From positions 1,227,674 to 1,291,673 of the forward strand of contig NW_003314261.1 in the NCBI RefSeq assembly GCF_000143415.4: 64,000 bases of DNA, read 5' to 3'. Source of the stretch: Selaginella moellendorffii. Lineage: Eukaryota > Plantae > Lycopodiophyta. Positions 38,560 to 51,491 of this stretch are shown here, piece by piece (within the stretch, counting starts at the first letter, position 1; each line of letters begins with the position of its first letter). Made by a program: the position numbers and the translations under genes. The notes under the pieces are model-generated. The model saw only the letters and a list, made by a program, of their open reading frames with translations. It had not been told where the DNA came from and made no database searches.

Positions 38560-41500
38560 ACTACAAAAGAATAAGGATGTTAGATCAAAGAGAACAAGAC
38601 ATGAGGAAGATGAAGTCCAAGACAAGAACCAATTTGACCTTTAGATTGAGATTTCCACAGTAACAACTCTACTCTCCACATTGCCAGCTCCACAACCAAA
38701 TGTCTCCAATCCACATCCACCCCCATTTCTACAATCACTGACATTGCTACCACCACTACCATTACCTCCACCACAACCTTCACCACCATTGCCACCGCTG
38801 TTATCACCACCATTACCACCACTACCACCATCATTGCTATTACTATCACCACTGCCATCATCCTCAAGTGGGAAGGCTTGGGAGACATGATCTGAGAGAT
38901 TCCACTATGTGATTCACTTAGACAAGCATCATTTGGTTTACTTCACCTCACTTTATCAACATGGACATTTATAGTTTTTACAAACAGAATGGCCTTGAGA
39001 CAAATATAGGTATGTTCCTAGTTTCGGTCTTTAAGGCAGGAATGATAAATACCCTCTCAGTTTCACTGCAAATCGAGAGGGTTGGGATGACATTTGGAAA
39101 ATGAAGTCTCGTAAATTTGACAACATGCTTATGAATTGTCCTGAGACTCAACAATTTATGGGGAAAATGTTCTACATTATCGATGGGAATCATTGCTAAT
39201 GTGTGTGGATAAAGTGCATCAATGAATGCATTTGAGACAATCTTGTTTATCACATCAATGTTCCAATTGAACATGTACACACGAGAGGATCTCTAGATAT
39301 GGCAAGGCTTGTGATAGCTTGCCATAAAATTAATGGATAAGTACCTTTCCCTCTTTAATCACTTTTAACAATTTGAGTTTTGCAAGTTGGGACAATTTGT
39401 AATGTAGAAGCAAAGCCTAGTGCATGATATTGAGCAGATCTAGTTTCTTGTTAATCTTGACAAGGATGCAGTCTATAGCCACTATAGTGATAATTTAGCA
39501 TCACTTATTTGGCATCAACGAAGTCGTCAAGATGCAAATAAATGGTATAAAAATCTAGTGGTTTTTATGATAGCTATATGGAGTAAGGTATGTTCTTCTC
39601 AGTATACTTCTTATTACTAAATGTTTGTGTTGTCTTCAGCCATTGGTGAAGGTTAGGCAATACATATATGCACAGTCTCATCAGGCTAAAAATAATGAAG
39701 AACTCTTGGAGCATTCAGCTGTAATTAACAAGAAAATCAACATTATAAAGAAGACAAAGGTAAAGAAATTACTCAATATGGCTGACCCTCGACATTCAAA
39801 GGAGTTATTTGATATCATAACAAACATTACTTGTCATGAAAGTAAGTATTATGCACGTTTACTTCAAGGTTACTCCCAAAGGTTGTTTCCTAGTAGGCAA
39901 GACTCGAGATGAGATTATTTATAACATCTCAAAGTCAAAGCCTACATATGAGGAGTAAATACACATTCTAAATGACTTTAATAGTAGGCTCAAGGAAGGA
40001 GAAAAGGTTTGGACAATATGATGGAGATTGTAATAAGGAGGACTGTCTACATTTCACAAACTATATATGAATGGGAGATGTTTCTAGTGCCTTTCATAGG
40101 GGATGATCTTGAGTAGCTCTTATTTAAGGACTTTATCACCACTGAGCTTACAAAACTCAAAGATGACTGGCTGCCAAAGAAGGCATCTTTGCAATACACA
40201 TGAAAAAAAAAAGCTTAGAGATAAGATAAATAAGTAGTTAAGGTGAATTAGGAGCCTCTATATCAAAGATACCTACAATAAAATATAAACAATTGAGTAT
40301 AGTTCTCACTATATAAAGTAAGGTTAGCCAAGCTATTTATTAAATGGAGTCGTGCTTATGATTCCTCTTGAAATACCAGTATGTAATTGACTCCTGAGGC
40401 ATGGCATGAGAGATGGATGCATACTCCCAACAACAATAAATTTTCCAGCAGTGATAAAGCAAGCTTGCCTTTAAGGAATTAGAGATGCTAAACTATGTAC
40501 CAACCTGTTGAGAGGTTGCAAGAAGCAACAATGAAGATATGTTAGATGACAAAGATAATGGTTATGAGAATGTCAACATTGTTGGTGCCAATGGTGAGGA
40601 GAGTGAAGACAATGAAGGCGGTGAGAATGATTTGCAAGAAATTCCTCCATGACAAAAGGAGGAGTGTTAGGCACCAAGTCAGGATAATAGGATAAAGAAA
40701 GGGCTCTACAATCAAGTGATCACCCCTTTAGCCAGTTGGCTTAGGGTGTAAGGGATAGGATCCTAACATTGGTATTGGAGCCTAGTTTGATTCTCGTGTT
40801 GAGAAATGGGGTAAGAATATTCTAAAGGAATATTCAACATGGTGGATCTAGAGGGAAAACCAAGGTTTGGTAGACCCTAAGAGAAGGACCATGGTGACTG
40901 GAGGGTGGCATAAGTATGATTACGGACAATCATTCCCTGATGAGGGGAGGATTGTTAGGCACCAGGTCAAGATAATAGGATAAAGAAAGGGCCTTGGAAT
41001 CAAGTGATCACCCCTTCAGCCAGTTGGCTTAGGGTGTAAGGGATAGAATCCTAATAAGGAGGAAGTGGAGCAAGAGAACTAGGTTATGCAAGAAGTTCTA
41101 CCATGATGAAGGTGTGTAAATCCACATTTGGAGGAATTAGTCAATAGTGATGATGATTGTTCATGATGTGCCCATAACTAAAGAACTTATTAAAGTATAT
41201 TTCTTTTAATTTCTCTTATTCTTAGTTTCTCAAAATGGTTGCAGCAAGAATTGTTGGGAGTAACTTCATTCCAATTTGTCTTGATGCCTGAGAAGAGGAC
41301 CTAAAGGAACTTACATCCACAATATGCCACATGATGGTATATAAATTTTACTTAATTTCACATTTTACCTTCCTCTTCTTCCCCTGGATTTGCTTTGTTT
41401 CTCTAGTGGCATTCCGTGGTGAAGTTGAAATCTTTATTGGCTCCTATAGTTCATTGATGGCATCTTTCGAGGAGGATATTGAGAATATGGCTGTCTGGCA

Positions 41501-42244
41501 AAAATGAGAGCACTTCTATTAAAAGATCTATAGGCAATTGCTCAAGAGCACAAACTTCATGCTCTTTGATATGCTAGATGGTCTTCCAAACACTAATAAT
41601 GATATCCTAAGCTAAAACATCTTGACTAAAGACCACTTGAAGGATGCACTCCTTCTAGTAGTAATTCTCCTTCACACAATTGGTCAAGTTGCTTTTATTC
41701 TCCCGAATGACCCCAATTGGATGTCTTGCTTTATGAGGCATGCAATTGGAGTCAACTTCAAGAGGTTATCTTTTGGGTGCATCATGGGTAGTGTTGGGGT
41801 CGAGATTAAATGTGTCCCAGGCATGCCAGAGAAGGTAAAAAATCATTTTGTGTTTTGTATTGTCTCTAAAAGTTTTATTATTCAAGTTTTAATGTGGACC
41901 TACCATGTGTTTTATAGAAGAGAACATGAGGGTTTTTGTGATAGCGAGCATGTTACATGGGTTTTACCAGGGTATGATAGCTCTACTAGCATCATACTAA
42001 ATCTTTGTAATGATGATATCCACAATATATTGTCTAGGTATCAATTTCAATCTCCCATCATGATGCATATCTTACTTGAGCTTTATTGCCCACTAGTGGT
42101 TGTGTCATCAATTGCATAGCAAGTAGTGGTTCAATAGGTGAGGCAGCACATGACTTTAGCAAAATCGTGTTTGTCATTAAAGAATATAAGTTCTTCAAAC
42201 ACCATTTTAGAGTTTCCTTTTTATCAGTTGCTTCTAGAAGGTAA
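38560..42244 (+). pseudogene. ParB/Srx-like domain + beta-class N4-cytosine/N6-adenine DNA methyltransferase-like fusion pseudogene (multi-exon)
   Basis: Pro-rich N-terminus (38681-38890); GWDDIW..KMFYIIDGNHC*CVW..LVIACHKIN (39080-39335); acidic linker (~40540-40640); motif IV-like NFMLFDM(L)DGLP....ILS*N (41550-41618); QSPIMMHILLELYCP/SGCVINCIASSGSIGEAAHDFSKIVFVIKE (42048-42184) resembles K-P..LI...pGd.VlD.faGsGs..AA..gR...E after reverting G>A changes. Confidence 0.65.
40665..41056 (+). mobile_element. TRIM family 2 (392 bp)
   Basis: 104-bp LTRs at 40665-40768 and 40953-41056; PBS tggtattggagc; PPT gaggggagga; TSD AGGAG. Confidence 0.95.
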
Positions 42245-42644
42245 TTTATGATGTTTTAAAAACTTATATGCAATACATATTAAGTTTTCCTCTATATCAT
42301 AAATCTCTGATATAATGAGCTCTAGAAGTCTTCTTAGGTATGTAAAGCATAACATATGCAATGTGAGTCTTTCCCTAAATTGAGGAGTCATATAAAAAAT
42401 TTATTTATCAATGATACTGTAAAAAAGAGTTGAATGCATCTATTTGTGATGAGAAAAATGTGTCATATATCAATATGATAATGAAAATGTCAGTGTCAAA
42501 GATAGTGATAGTGACATTGTCAATATCAAATATAGTTACAGTGTCAATCTATCAAATTTCATAATGACCAATATATTACCTACAATTAATACCATTTAAA
42601 AAAAATGGCAGGGGCAAGGGGGGCGAGAGGGGATGGATAATATC

Positions 42645-43970
42645 ATAGTGTAAGAACTATAGTATAATGTTAGTAGCTAGAACTTTAGTAGAGTGGCATA
42701 AAAATACCATATTTAGCACTTGTGGATAAAAAATTTACTAATAGAATATTATTCCTCACCATAAAGTGATAATGTTTGACTCTATTTTGATTTTTTATAC
42801 ATCTATATATGCACACCTTCTACACAAGTTCTTGGGCAGTTGTGATAGTGTTCTAGAAAAGTTTCCAGGCTTATGCAACCTTTCATCTTGTCTAAACAAA
42901 AGTAGTATATAGAACACTGAAGATAATATGTGCTCATTCTTTCAAGAGTTTTAGCTATATTTGGAACATAATCTCAAAGAAATAGTTGGCATCGCTCTTG
43001 AAACACATGAGGCAATCCACCTTTAATAACAATATCTAGAACATTATCTAGAAAATGGATCTTTTGCTTAGTCACACTTGAGGCCACAAAAGGAAAAACC
43101 TCACAATGATTGTTGTGTGGATGGAAGGGTGGAATGTTGATAGAAGTTAGAAATAGAGGTGGAGATTTCCATGAAATGCATGGGGGCCAAGTGTGAGTAA
43201 TAATAGCATTCTCCCTAGCCATTCCTACACTTTAAACAAACTAAAGTTTTAATGGTGATAGCATCCCTTGTCAATATTTATACTAAGAAAAGATCTAGTG
43301 GTTCTTGAAAGTTTATATTGTCACTCTAAAAAATGAGACTTCTGAATTATAATAGTGTTAGAACCACTTGTATATATAATAATGTCTTTATACATGCTAG
43401 AATACTATCATTCTAAAAAATATAAAATTCTCAACTATACTTATAATAAATTAAAGTTTTGAAGAAACTCCAATGGAATATTATTCTTCACCATGAAATC
43501 ATAATAGCTATGTGATTTTAATTCTTTCTTGATTTTCTTGTACATCTATGCATAGACACCTTCCAAACCTACTCTTGGGCATTTACAATAGTGTTAAAGA
43601 AAATTTACCAAACCTATGCAATCATCTGTCTTGTTCAAATAAAAGTAACATATAAAACATTGAAAGTAATACATATCTACATTAAGTGCTTTTGCCATAT
43701 CTAGAGCAAAATTTTAAAGAAAATGTTAATATTTCTCTTAGAACATTTGAGGCAGTCCAACTCTTTTAGCAACATCATAAGGAAGGAAACTCTTGTTCAG
43801 TTGCACTCGAGGTTGCAAATGGAAGAACCTCATAAAATCCCTCAAAATGAAGATGTGGATTATTGTGTAAAGATGAATGTGGATTGTTAATTAAGCTTAA
43901 AGATAGAGGTGAAGAGTCATATAAAAGGCCTCTAGAACCAAAAGTAAATTTCTTCCCAATCATTGCAACA
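42645..43970. repeat. Diverged ~730-bp tandem duplication
   Basis: 42744-43170 aligns by eye with 43476-43935 (gaatattattc.tcacca...cttgggca...tatgcaa...). Confidence 0.7.
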
Positions 43971-44835
43971 CACAAGAAGAATTAAACTCTCCAACAATAA
44001 AAATTTTCTAACTAATATACTTTATTTCAATCTTGGGAATAAGGTTTTATTATGACATGGCAATATATTGAATTTTAATTGTCCGTCTTAGTAATAGGGC
44101 TACATATTAATTACAACTTACTGTTAAAGACAACTGGCTATAGGGATCAAGAAGCTAAAACTAACATATAATTAATGTAACCTTATTTTGCCTGCCATAT
44201 AATGGCAAATGCATGCAAGCACGCGAGTGCACCTTTTACAAGATTGCCTTTCAATCTCAAAAACATAAGGATATATATAAAATATTTACTTTTCTTTATA
44301 ATATTTTTAGTGGATTACAAAAGCCATAGAAATCTTTATAAAGTGGATTTATTAGTGCTTTATATTGTGATGTCTATTTCTTTTTTTCCTCTTAAGCTCT
44401 ATTTCGTTAAAGTGGGAATTGTCATTATCCCACTTGTAAAATAAGGTTTCCAAACCTTTATATAGTATATAAATATAAAAAAATTCAACTGCATTGAGGC
44501 ACATGCCATTTTATTTTAAACAAGGAAATGTCTACTCAATCACTTCTCCTCCCCCTGCCACTGCTTCACCTCTCTCTTCTCCTTGTCATCGTCATCCAAT
44601 TTCTTTCCATCCTTTTAATATTGGCTCAGTTGCTCCGAGTCTAGGTGGAGCCCAAGTCCCCATTCAATATTTACTTTCCCCTTATTAATAAAACAACTTC
44701 GTAGACTTCCAATAACATGCTGTAACACTTCTAGTATAATGCAAATCCTCTCAAAGAATTGTCTTTTAATATTAATACAATGGCATGGAACCCCATGCCA
44801 TAATAAGTTACATTTTTAAATAAATACATGCCATC

Positions 44836-47800
44836 TCAGACTATTATTTTTTGCCTCCAACGCCTATACAATAATCTTGGAATTTCATCACTCTCCACAC
44901 TATCAGGATTTAAACCCAATAGTAATGCCATCTCTTCTCTAATACGTCCACGCTCATGTTCAGTGGTCGAAGAACCCATCCGGTTGAGCAGATTATGGAG
45001 ATGCGGATAGTGCTTGGCTAGACAATATACATGCCATAAATGATGACTGGTGTCTGTCCGATCAAATGGCTTCTGATATACCATTCCATCTGCCATTAGG
45101 TTGATTTCTGCAGCCACCTCCTGGACTGGCCAGTTCTCTATCACCATCGCTCCAAGCCGTTTTGCAAGGTCCCCCAGAACATACGGTTTCTTCTCCCTAG
45201 TTTCCATACTGCAAGAGATGGGGTGCACTGCATATGTGTGCGTGTTCGCTGCAGTTTTAATCGGCGAGTCATCGATGATGAGGATTTCACTTGACCTAGC
45301 AGTCCGGTTCATCACTACAGCCTCTGGCTTGACGAAGATGGGCTTGCTAGCCCTCACATGGACCATAGTCAAGCAATCCTCCTGCGTTAGGAGAAAGTCA
45401 AATGGTAATATTACTCGCATCTGATCGTGCATCATCTGTAGCAACGTTAATGCATTGTGGCGCATCATGCATGTCCAAACTCCCAATTGCAAATTGAACC
45501 CGGCCCTCTGTTTTAAGTGTTGCATGGTCATTATTAGATCCCGCAGTTTCTCCCGTGTGATTAATGTGAATCTGTCTCTTTTGACCAACTTGCGACCGCA
45601 GGCTTTGGAGGGTGCAGTGACATTCGAGGACGAGCCACGCTCATGGGAGAAAAGGACACCGTTCAGATCAAAAACGATACAGTACTTTTGCCGTGACTCT
45701 GAAATGAAATGCGTCAGCATAAAAAATGGTACAAGTCAATTTTACCATCTACAATATTAGCAAATGGTGCTCCCGATGGTTGTTGAGAGGGTTTTGGTCG
45801 AGGAAACGTGAAGGGCGGAAATACTCTCCTCTGCAATGTGGGGTCAATTGCATCCGATGGCGTGTGGGCACATGCCATTTCAGCTGTAGACTCTGGTACA
45901 ACTGGCTCAACAGTGGCATGGGGTGGTTTCGATGGCGTGTGATCACATGCCATTTCAGCTGGTGCCTTCATTGGCAAAGTGGACATGACTGAACAGGCAG
46001 CAGGGGCGGTGTAGGGAGGTTCCAACGGCGCGTAGTCAGACGATTGGGCACACGTTGAGTCCGTTGGAAATGAGGATACGACCGGCTCGGCGGCTGGGGT
46101 GGCCTCATGCGGGTCCAATGGCGCCTGGTCACTGTCAGTTGGATACGTGGACAAGATTGACTCAGTGGTATGGGCAGCATCAAGTGGAGCGTGGTCAGCT
46201 TGTTTGGCGTTGATATGGATAGTAGCCTCCACCAGCTCTGATGACTCTTGCAAGCAAGTAGAGTCCACTGGCGGATCCATATGCATGTTCAAATATCTCC
46301 CTTCGATTGAGATGGTATCCTCCTGTGCTACTAAAAACAAACTCATTAGCACATTGAATCGACTATACTGTATTTACCATCAACTACTATTGAGGAACTA
46401 GGACCGATATCACTTGGGCACACTGCTGATTCTGAAGGATTGGACATACGTTTCAACCCTTGCTTGGCACTATCCTTCCTCGACACTAAAGGCTAGAGTT
46501 TGTAAATTCAACTGAATAATCTCTACTTACCATTTGCTCTGCGACCTACATGGACAATGTTAGAAATGGTAAAAGGTTAGGAATGGATGTACTATTATTT
46601 ACCTGATGGATTGTTTTGTATGACCTTCCTCCGCTGCTCTTTGGCCACCTCAGGCTGGCCATCGTCGTCATCATCGTCGTCGTCGTTATTGTGATCGTCA
46701 CCATTGTGAGGACCATCCAAGTCCTCTTCGTCCTCCTCTTCTTCATCCTCTTCTTCTTTGTCCTCCTCTTCGTCCTTCTGCTCTTCCTGCTCATTATCTT
46801 TCTCTGGCTCCTCATCCCCCTCCTGCATTTCTTCCATAGGCTGCTCAGGTTGGATGGCTTGTTCTTCCAGGACCATCTTGGGAAAATCATCTAGCCGAGT
46901 CTCCATCTCAAAATACAAGACATCCATAGCCTGTTTTAGTGCGTGACCTAGGACCGTATCCTCACCCGACTATCTTAACATGGTTTCTACACGTTCTTGC
47001 ACCCTTCGAAGACGACGAGATGAGAAAAACGTGGCCCTGACTTGAAAAGCATCCCTCATCCATTGTACCTCTCCATTGAGATTGGGGAAGGGGAGTCCGC
47101 CATAGGAATCTGAGTCAGGAGGTGGTGACTGGCTGCTTTCACTCAGCCCTTGATCTGCAATGAATGGCATGAGCACACACACCATAACCGCGAGGCATTA
47201 CCTATCATCTTTTCGTTGCCCTTCTTCCTTTTCGAATTAAACGCCTCTGATCTCGACGACTGTCCAACGTGCTTTCGCTTTTTATGACCACTGTCAGTTT
47301 GAGCTTGGCTGGTGCTTGCCTGTTTTGCCTTTGAAGAAGTGTCTCCTGCAAGGAATGGCATGAGACCACACGCCATTGCAAATATAATTTGTACCTCCTT
47401 TTTTCCTATTGCTTGTCCGTTTGTCCTTCTTCGACGCGCCACCAGTGCGCTTTTCAGTCCTCGTGTCTGAATATTCACAACGATCTATAATCAAAATGGC
47501 GTGAGGCCTCACGTGACCTTACCTTGTGCAGGTTGTGAGCTCGGCCCAACATGGGTATCTTCAACAGTAGCTGTTAACGCCGTTTCAGCATCTGGGGGTG
47601 GCCACGCTCCTGCATACAGAGCTTGTGAGATAACATTTAAACTTAAAGTGTGTACTCACCAGGTTCGCAGAGAAGATACTGTTTTTCTTTGGCAACTGTA
47701 ATTATATGCTCCATTGAAGTCACCTCTTCAATGGAGTTTGTCACCGCAACACACGGGACACCCTTGAGTAGTGCGGCTTGAAAGAATAGTCCGCCGCAGT

Positions 47801-50242
47801 TGTACTCGACAACGCATTTGCCCTTGGAGTCGGAAGCAGGTGACCCACCCGCTATTGCGTTGAAGACCCAGTTAAGCATTTCCCATGCTGCACCTGGAGC
47901 TTTCTTTGGATTCGAAAGCTCCATAGCCGTCTTCAGTTCCTCAAGCACGGGTAAATTGACCTCCCTCAGATCAATTCGATTGGCCTTGTCGAACGAAGCT
48001 GGGAAGTCACTCCAGTCCCACTCTGCTGCAAGACCAATAACAAGGGCAAGTGTGAAGATGCGGACATTCGTTGGTATCTTCTTCTTAGCCATTATCCCAT
48101 GGATCTCCCGCATCTCCTTGCCTTTCAACCGAGCCTTCACCTCGTTCAAGGCCTTCTAGAACTTGTGATAGGATTCGGAGTCATAGATCATATAGTGGAC
48201 TGAAGATTCCACCTCCGCAAGTCCCACCATTAAGTCAATGATGGAGCTGACTTCGTCTGCATGAGTGATCTCCTCGTTTGTGAAGTCCATCACACAAAAG
48301 ATGTTCTTGACCTGCTCATCTCCGCGGGAAACGATGCTCCTCCACCTTTGATCCTCATCCGAACTCACGTATACCCGGTAAGGTTCTCAATAGGCCTCTG
48401 CTGCGGGGTCGAGCTGTTTCTGAAGCCGGCGGTCGACATCCCTGTTAATGAAATTTGGATATTGATCCAACTTCTCAGCTTTGCTTTTCATGGCATCCCA
48501 TAGCAGATCGATGAACTTGGGGGCCCCCATCACGTACTCGTCGATGTCTTTATTTGACAAATCCAGCGCTTCCATCATCTCTTGCGTGGTGTTGATGCTC
48601 ACCCTCTCCACGGCCACTTGCTCGAAGATCCAATCCTTCAATAGCGCATGAGCTCTCAGAGTCGTGCACAAGTCCTCGTATGTCACAATATGGCCGGGAG
48701 TCATTTTGGTCTTGTTGAAGACTACCTCACCATGTAGAAGAGCATTAGCCACTGTCAGAAGGTCGTCGTCGTCTAGAGACCGCGAGAAACACAAGGCGTT
48801 CAGCTTCAAATCATTGGGCTTCCGGCCGTCCTCCACACCCATTGAGTTTAGTAACTCCTCGTCATGGTACCTCCTCAGCACATCTACCCATTTGTCAAAA
48901 ACAACTTTTGTCGCGAATAGAATGTTATGGATGCTGAGTGTGTCATTGACCCCCAGTGTTTTCGAGAGAAGACTCGAGAATTCCTGCAATGAGTTGCCTT
49001 TTATCAGGTGGACAACTCTTGTCTTGAAGACTTTCTTCACCTCCTCGCCCACCATAATATCCACAACTATCTCTTGCATCGCCAAGCTAGAATGCTGCCC
49101 GGAGACGGCAAAGAACCGGATGTTCTGATCGTCCAACACCTTCCTATTGATCAAGTCTGGAAACCTCGTCTCGCCCTTCATTGTTCGGTAGTAGGGGATC
49201 ACGTCTGCGATGTCGGGTGTTACTGGACTTGCCAGCATCTTCTGCTTCAGTTTCTCCACCCACTCATCAGATACTAGCCTGTGGTTGTATTTGCTTTGGA
49301 TGTCGATACGGCTCACGTCGATTGTATATACTTTGTTGGAATAGTAACAAGTACTATTATCTGCGACGATTTTTGCTGCCTCTTCTTGCTCTTTCTGCTC
49401 TTTGCGGCTCTTCTTTTTGGTGGGTGTAGTGTTCGAACCCGAGGCAATGGCATCACCAAGTAGCTTCTTTTTTGGAGCAGGAGAGTCGGACGTCGGCTTG
49501 AGATTGACCACCCTTTTCTGCTTTGGGGTAGTTTCTAGATCGACCCCCTTCCCCTTCGCTTCGCGAACTGGAGGCACTCTCAATGGCTCAATGTTGGAAT
49601 ATAGTTTTTGAACATCGCCGTAGGTGAGGTCCGTGGATTCCATGTGATCTTCATAGACCCGTAGCGTCTTTGAAATTGTGGGCCTCCTGGACAACCTCTC
49701 CCTAGCTCCTTGTAGGAATTCCTCATAGCCGCTGCCCCCCTCCGGGAAGCCGCTAGGATGTGCAAGGTGGATCTTGAAGGCAGACGCTGTCTCTACCACA
49801 AGTGCCAGTCCATATTCTTGCATGGAACTGCATGGAGTGTTTGTCACTTGGATGAGGATCCCCATGCATTCTTTTCTCCCACCATCTGTGTTGTACAGCC
49901 TCAGATCCTCGCCTTCCATCCCGAAAGTCCAACTGGTGAGCTCCTCCCCCTTCTCTGCATCCACATTGACAGTGGCTGGAAGAAGAACGCAATTCCTCGC
50001 CTGTTCAGAAATGCACAACAATTAGAGCTGACAGATGAAAAGCTAGCAGCTGGAAATAACGTGAGGCCACACGCCATTCACCACTGCATCAGATGTCTTG
50101 AGGCTGCATCCTAAGATGGCGTGAGGCTACACACCATCTGTAACCGGACTGCACTCGAGAGCCCAATCGGTGCATGCCAATATTGCTACTGAATGGCATG
50201 TGGCCTCATGCCATTTTCTACTTGGCCTAAAAGACTTACCAT
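44836..50242 (-). pseudogene. Transposon accessory gene, ~1590 codons, 10 exons: ParB-like domain, degenerate amino-MTase-like fold, acidic/disordered linker, FCP1/NIF-type HAD phosphatase; 3 premature stops
   Basis: GT-AG introns at 50001-50239, 47610-47659, 47467-47522, 47346-47394, 47155-47201, 46546-46602, 46486-46530, 46331-46377 and 45699-45745 join the listed ORFs in one frame (4770 nt). ParB-like: IDVSRID..HRLVSDEWVEKLKQKM..FFAVSGQHSSLAM. HAD: IVFDLNGVL, GVWT, TQEDC, KPIFVK, LIIDDSPIK. Stops at 48387, 48156 and 46970. Confidence 0.75.
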
Positions 50243-51464
50243 TTGAAGCCGAATGGAGGCGTGACAATCGAGGCCGGACTCGCTGGCGAATGTGCACTGT
50301 GTGTGCAGCGGATCGTAGCAGCAAGGCTACTCTGCCACTTACAGTTGGAGAGTGGCGCTGAAATCTCCCGGGACGCCAAGTGGGCTGCGTGTGGGTGGCG
50401 GAGTGGGTGGCGGAGTTGGCGGCGAAGTTACAAACTGGGTGTGTCTTGAAGTGGACGCCGATGCACACGAGCGCAATGCGAGCACGAGTGTGATGCAAGC
50501 GCGAGTGGACGCCGATGCACACAAGAAACCAGTAGAGAAGGTAGATGAGCGCGAATGTGAGCGTGATCGCGAGTGGGAGCGCAATGCGAGCGCGAGTACG
50601 AAGCAAAATGCAAAACCTAACCTCACATGTGCGAAATGTCACGACGGTTGGTAATCCCGCCACGTCATCATTCCTTGGACTTGGGCGCCACCATTAATTT
50701 CTGGATTGCCACGTGCATGCATGCACGTGAAATCCAAAAGAAATCTGCAACGTCATCATTCCTCGGACTGCATGCACGCGAAATCCAAAAGAAAGATCAT
50801 GATTGGGATATCATTTAATACCCTCGCTATATTTATACCATGCATGATTAGATATTCCAAAGCATCTTGTATTTCCAAAAATGCCAGATGTTCAGCTAAA
50901 TAAAGAATGGTATACAAATCCCAAAAATGCACCAAAAAATGCTCAGCGTCATCTGGTGTTATCTCATGAATGGCGTGGGGCCGCATGCCATTTTCAGGGG
51001 CACATAGGAGTATATTCCTAGAATATTCTAACATGTGTGAGATTTTTTTGAGTTTTCTGGAGATCCAACCGTTAGATCGCAACTAGATTTTACAAAATGG
51101 TATACAATGTCTTTCTTGATGACTCTGCAAAGAAGCATCTCGATCAGACACCACATGAGACAACACGAGCCTGACAATGTTTCAGGGGCATTTGCCATAG
51201 ATCCGACCGTTATTTTGCTCCAAGATTTTACAATTTGGTGTGCATTGACCTTTCCATCGACACTGCAAAGGGACATCACAATCAGATGCGGGATCATAAG
51301 AAACTAACTTCACTAACTCTGGTTTCACCAAGATCTACGTAAGGAGTTATGAAATGAAAGGACCCTCTTTATTGAAATGTGTTTATGGTCCTAAGGGCAT
51401 TGTGACATATCAAAGGATTTTGCATCAAGTTCTGTATTTGCATGTTTATCAAGCTACTGAATTG

Positions 51465-51491
51465 CTAAACCCTAAACCCTAAACCCTAAAC
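51465..51491 (+). repeat. Plant telomere-type repeat (CCCTAAA)3 / telo-box cluster
   Basis: ctaaaccctaaaccctaaaccctaaac, midway between the two divergent transposon genes. Confidence 0.8.

Noticed and set aside
45640-45680. Catalytically proven CTD phosphatase
   Set aside because: The motif is DLNGV rather than DxDxT/V; family membership is supported, but activity and substrate are not.
48664-50114. Plus-strand ORFs overlapping the accessory gene, and minus-strand ORFs over the transposase
   Set aside because: Antisense shadows of the real coding frames.
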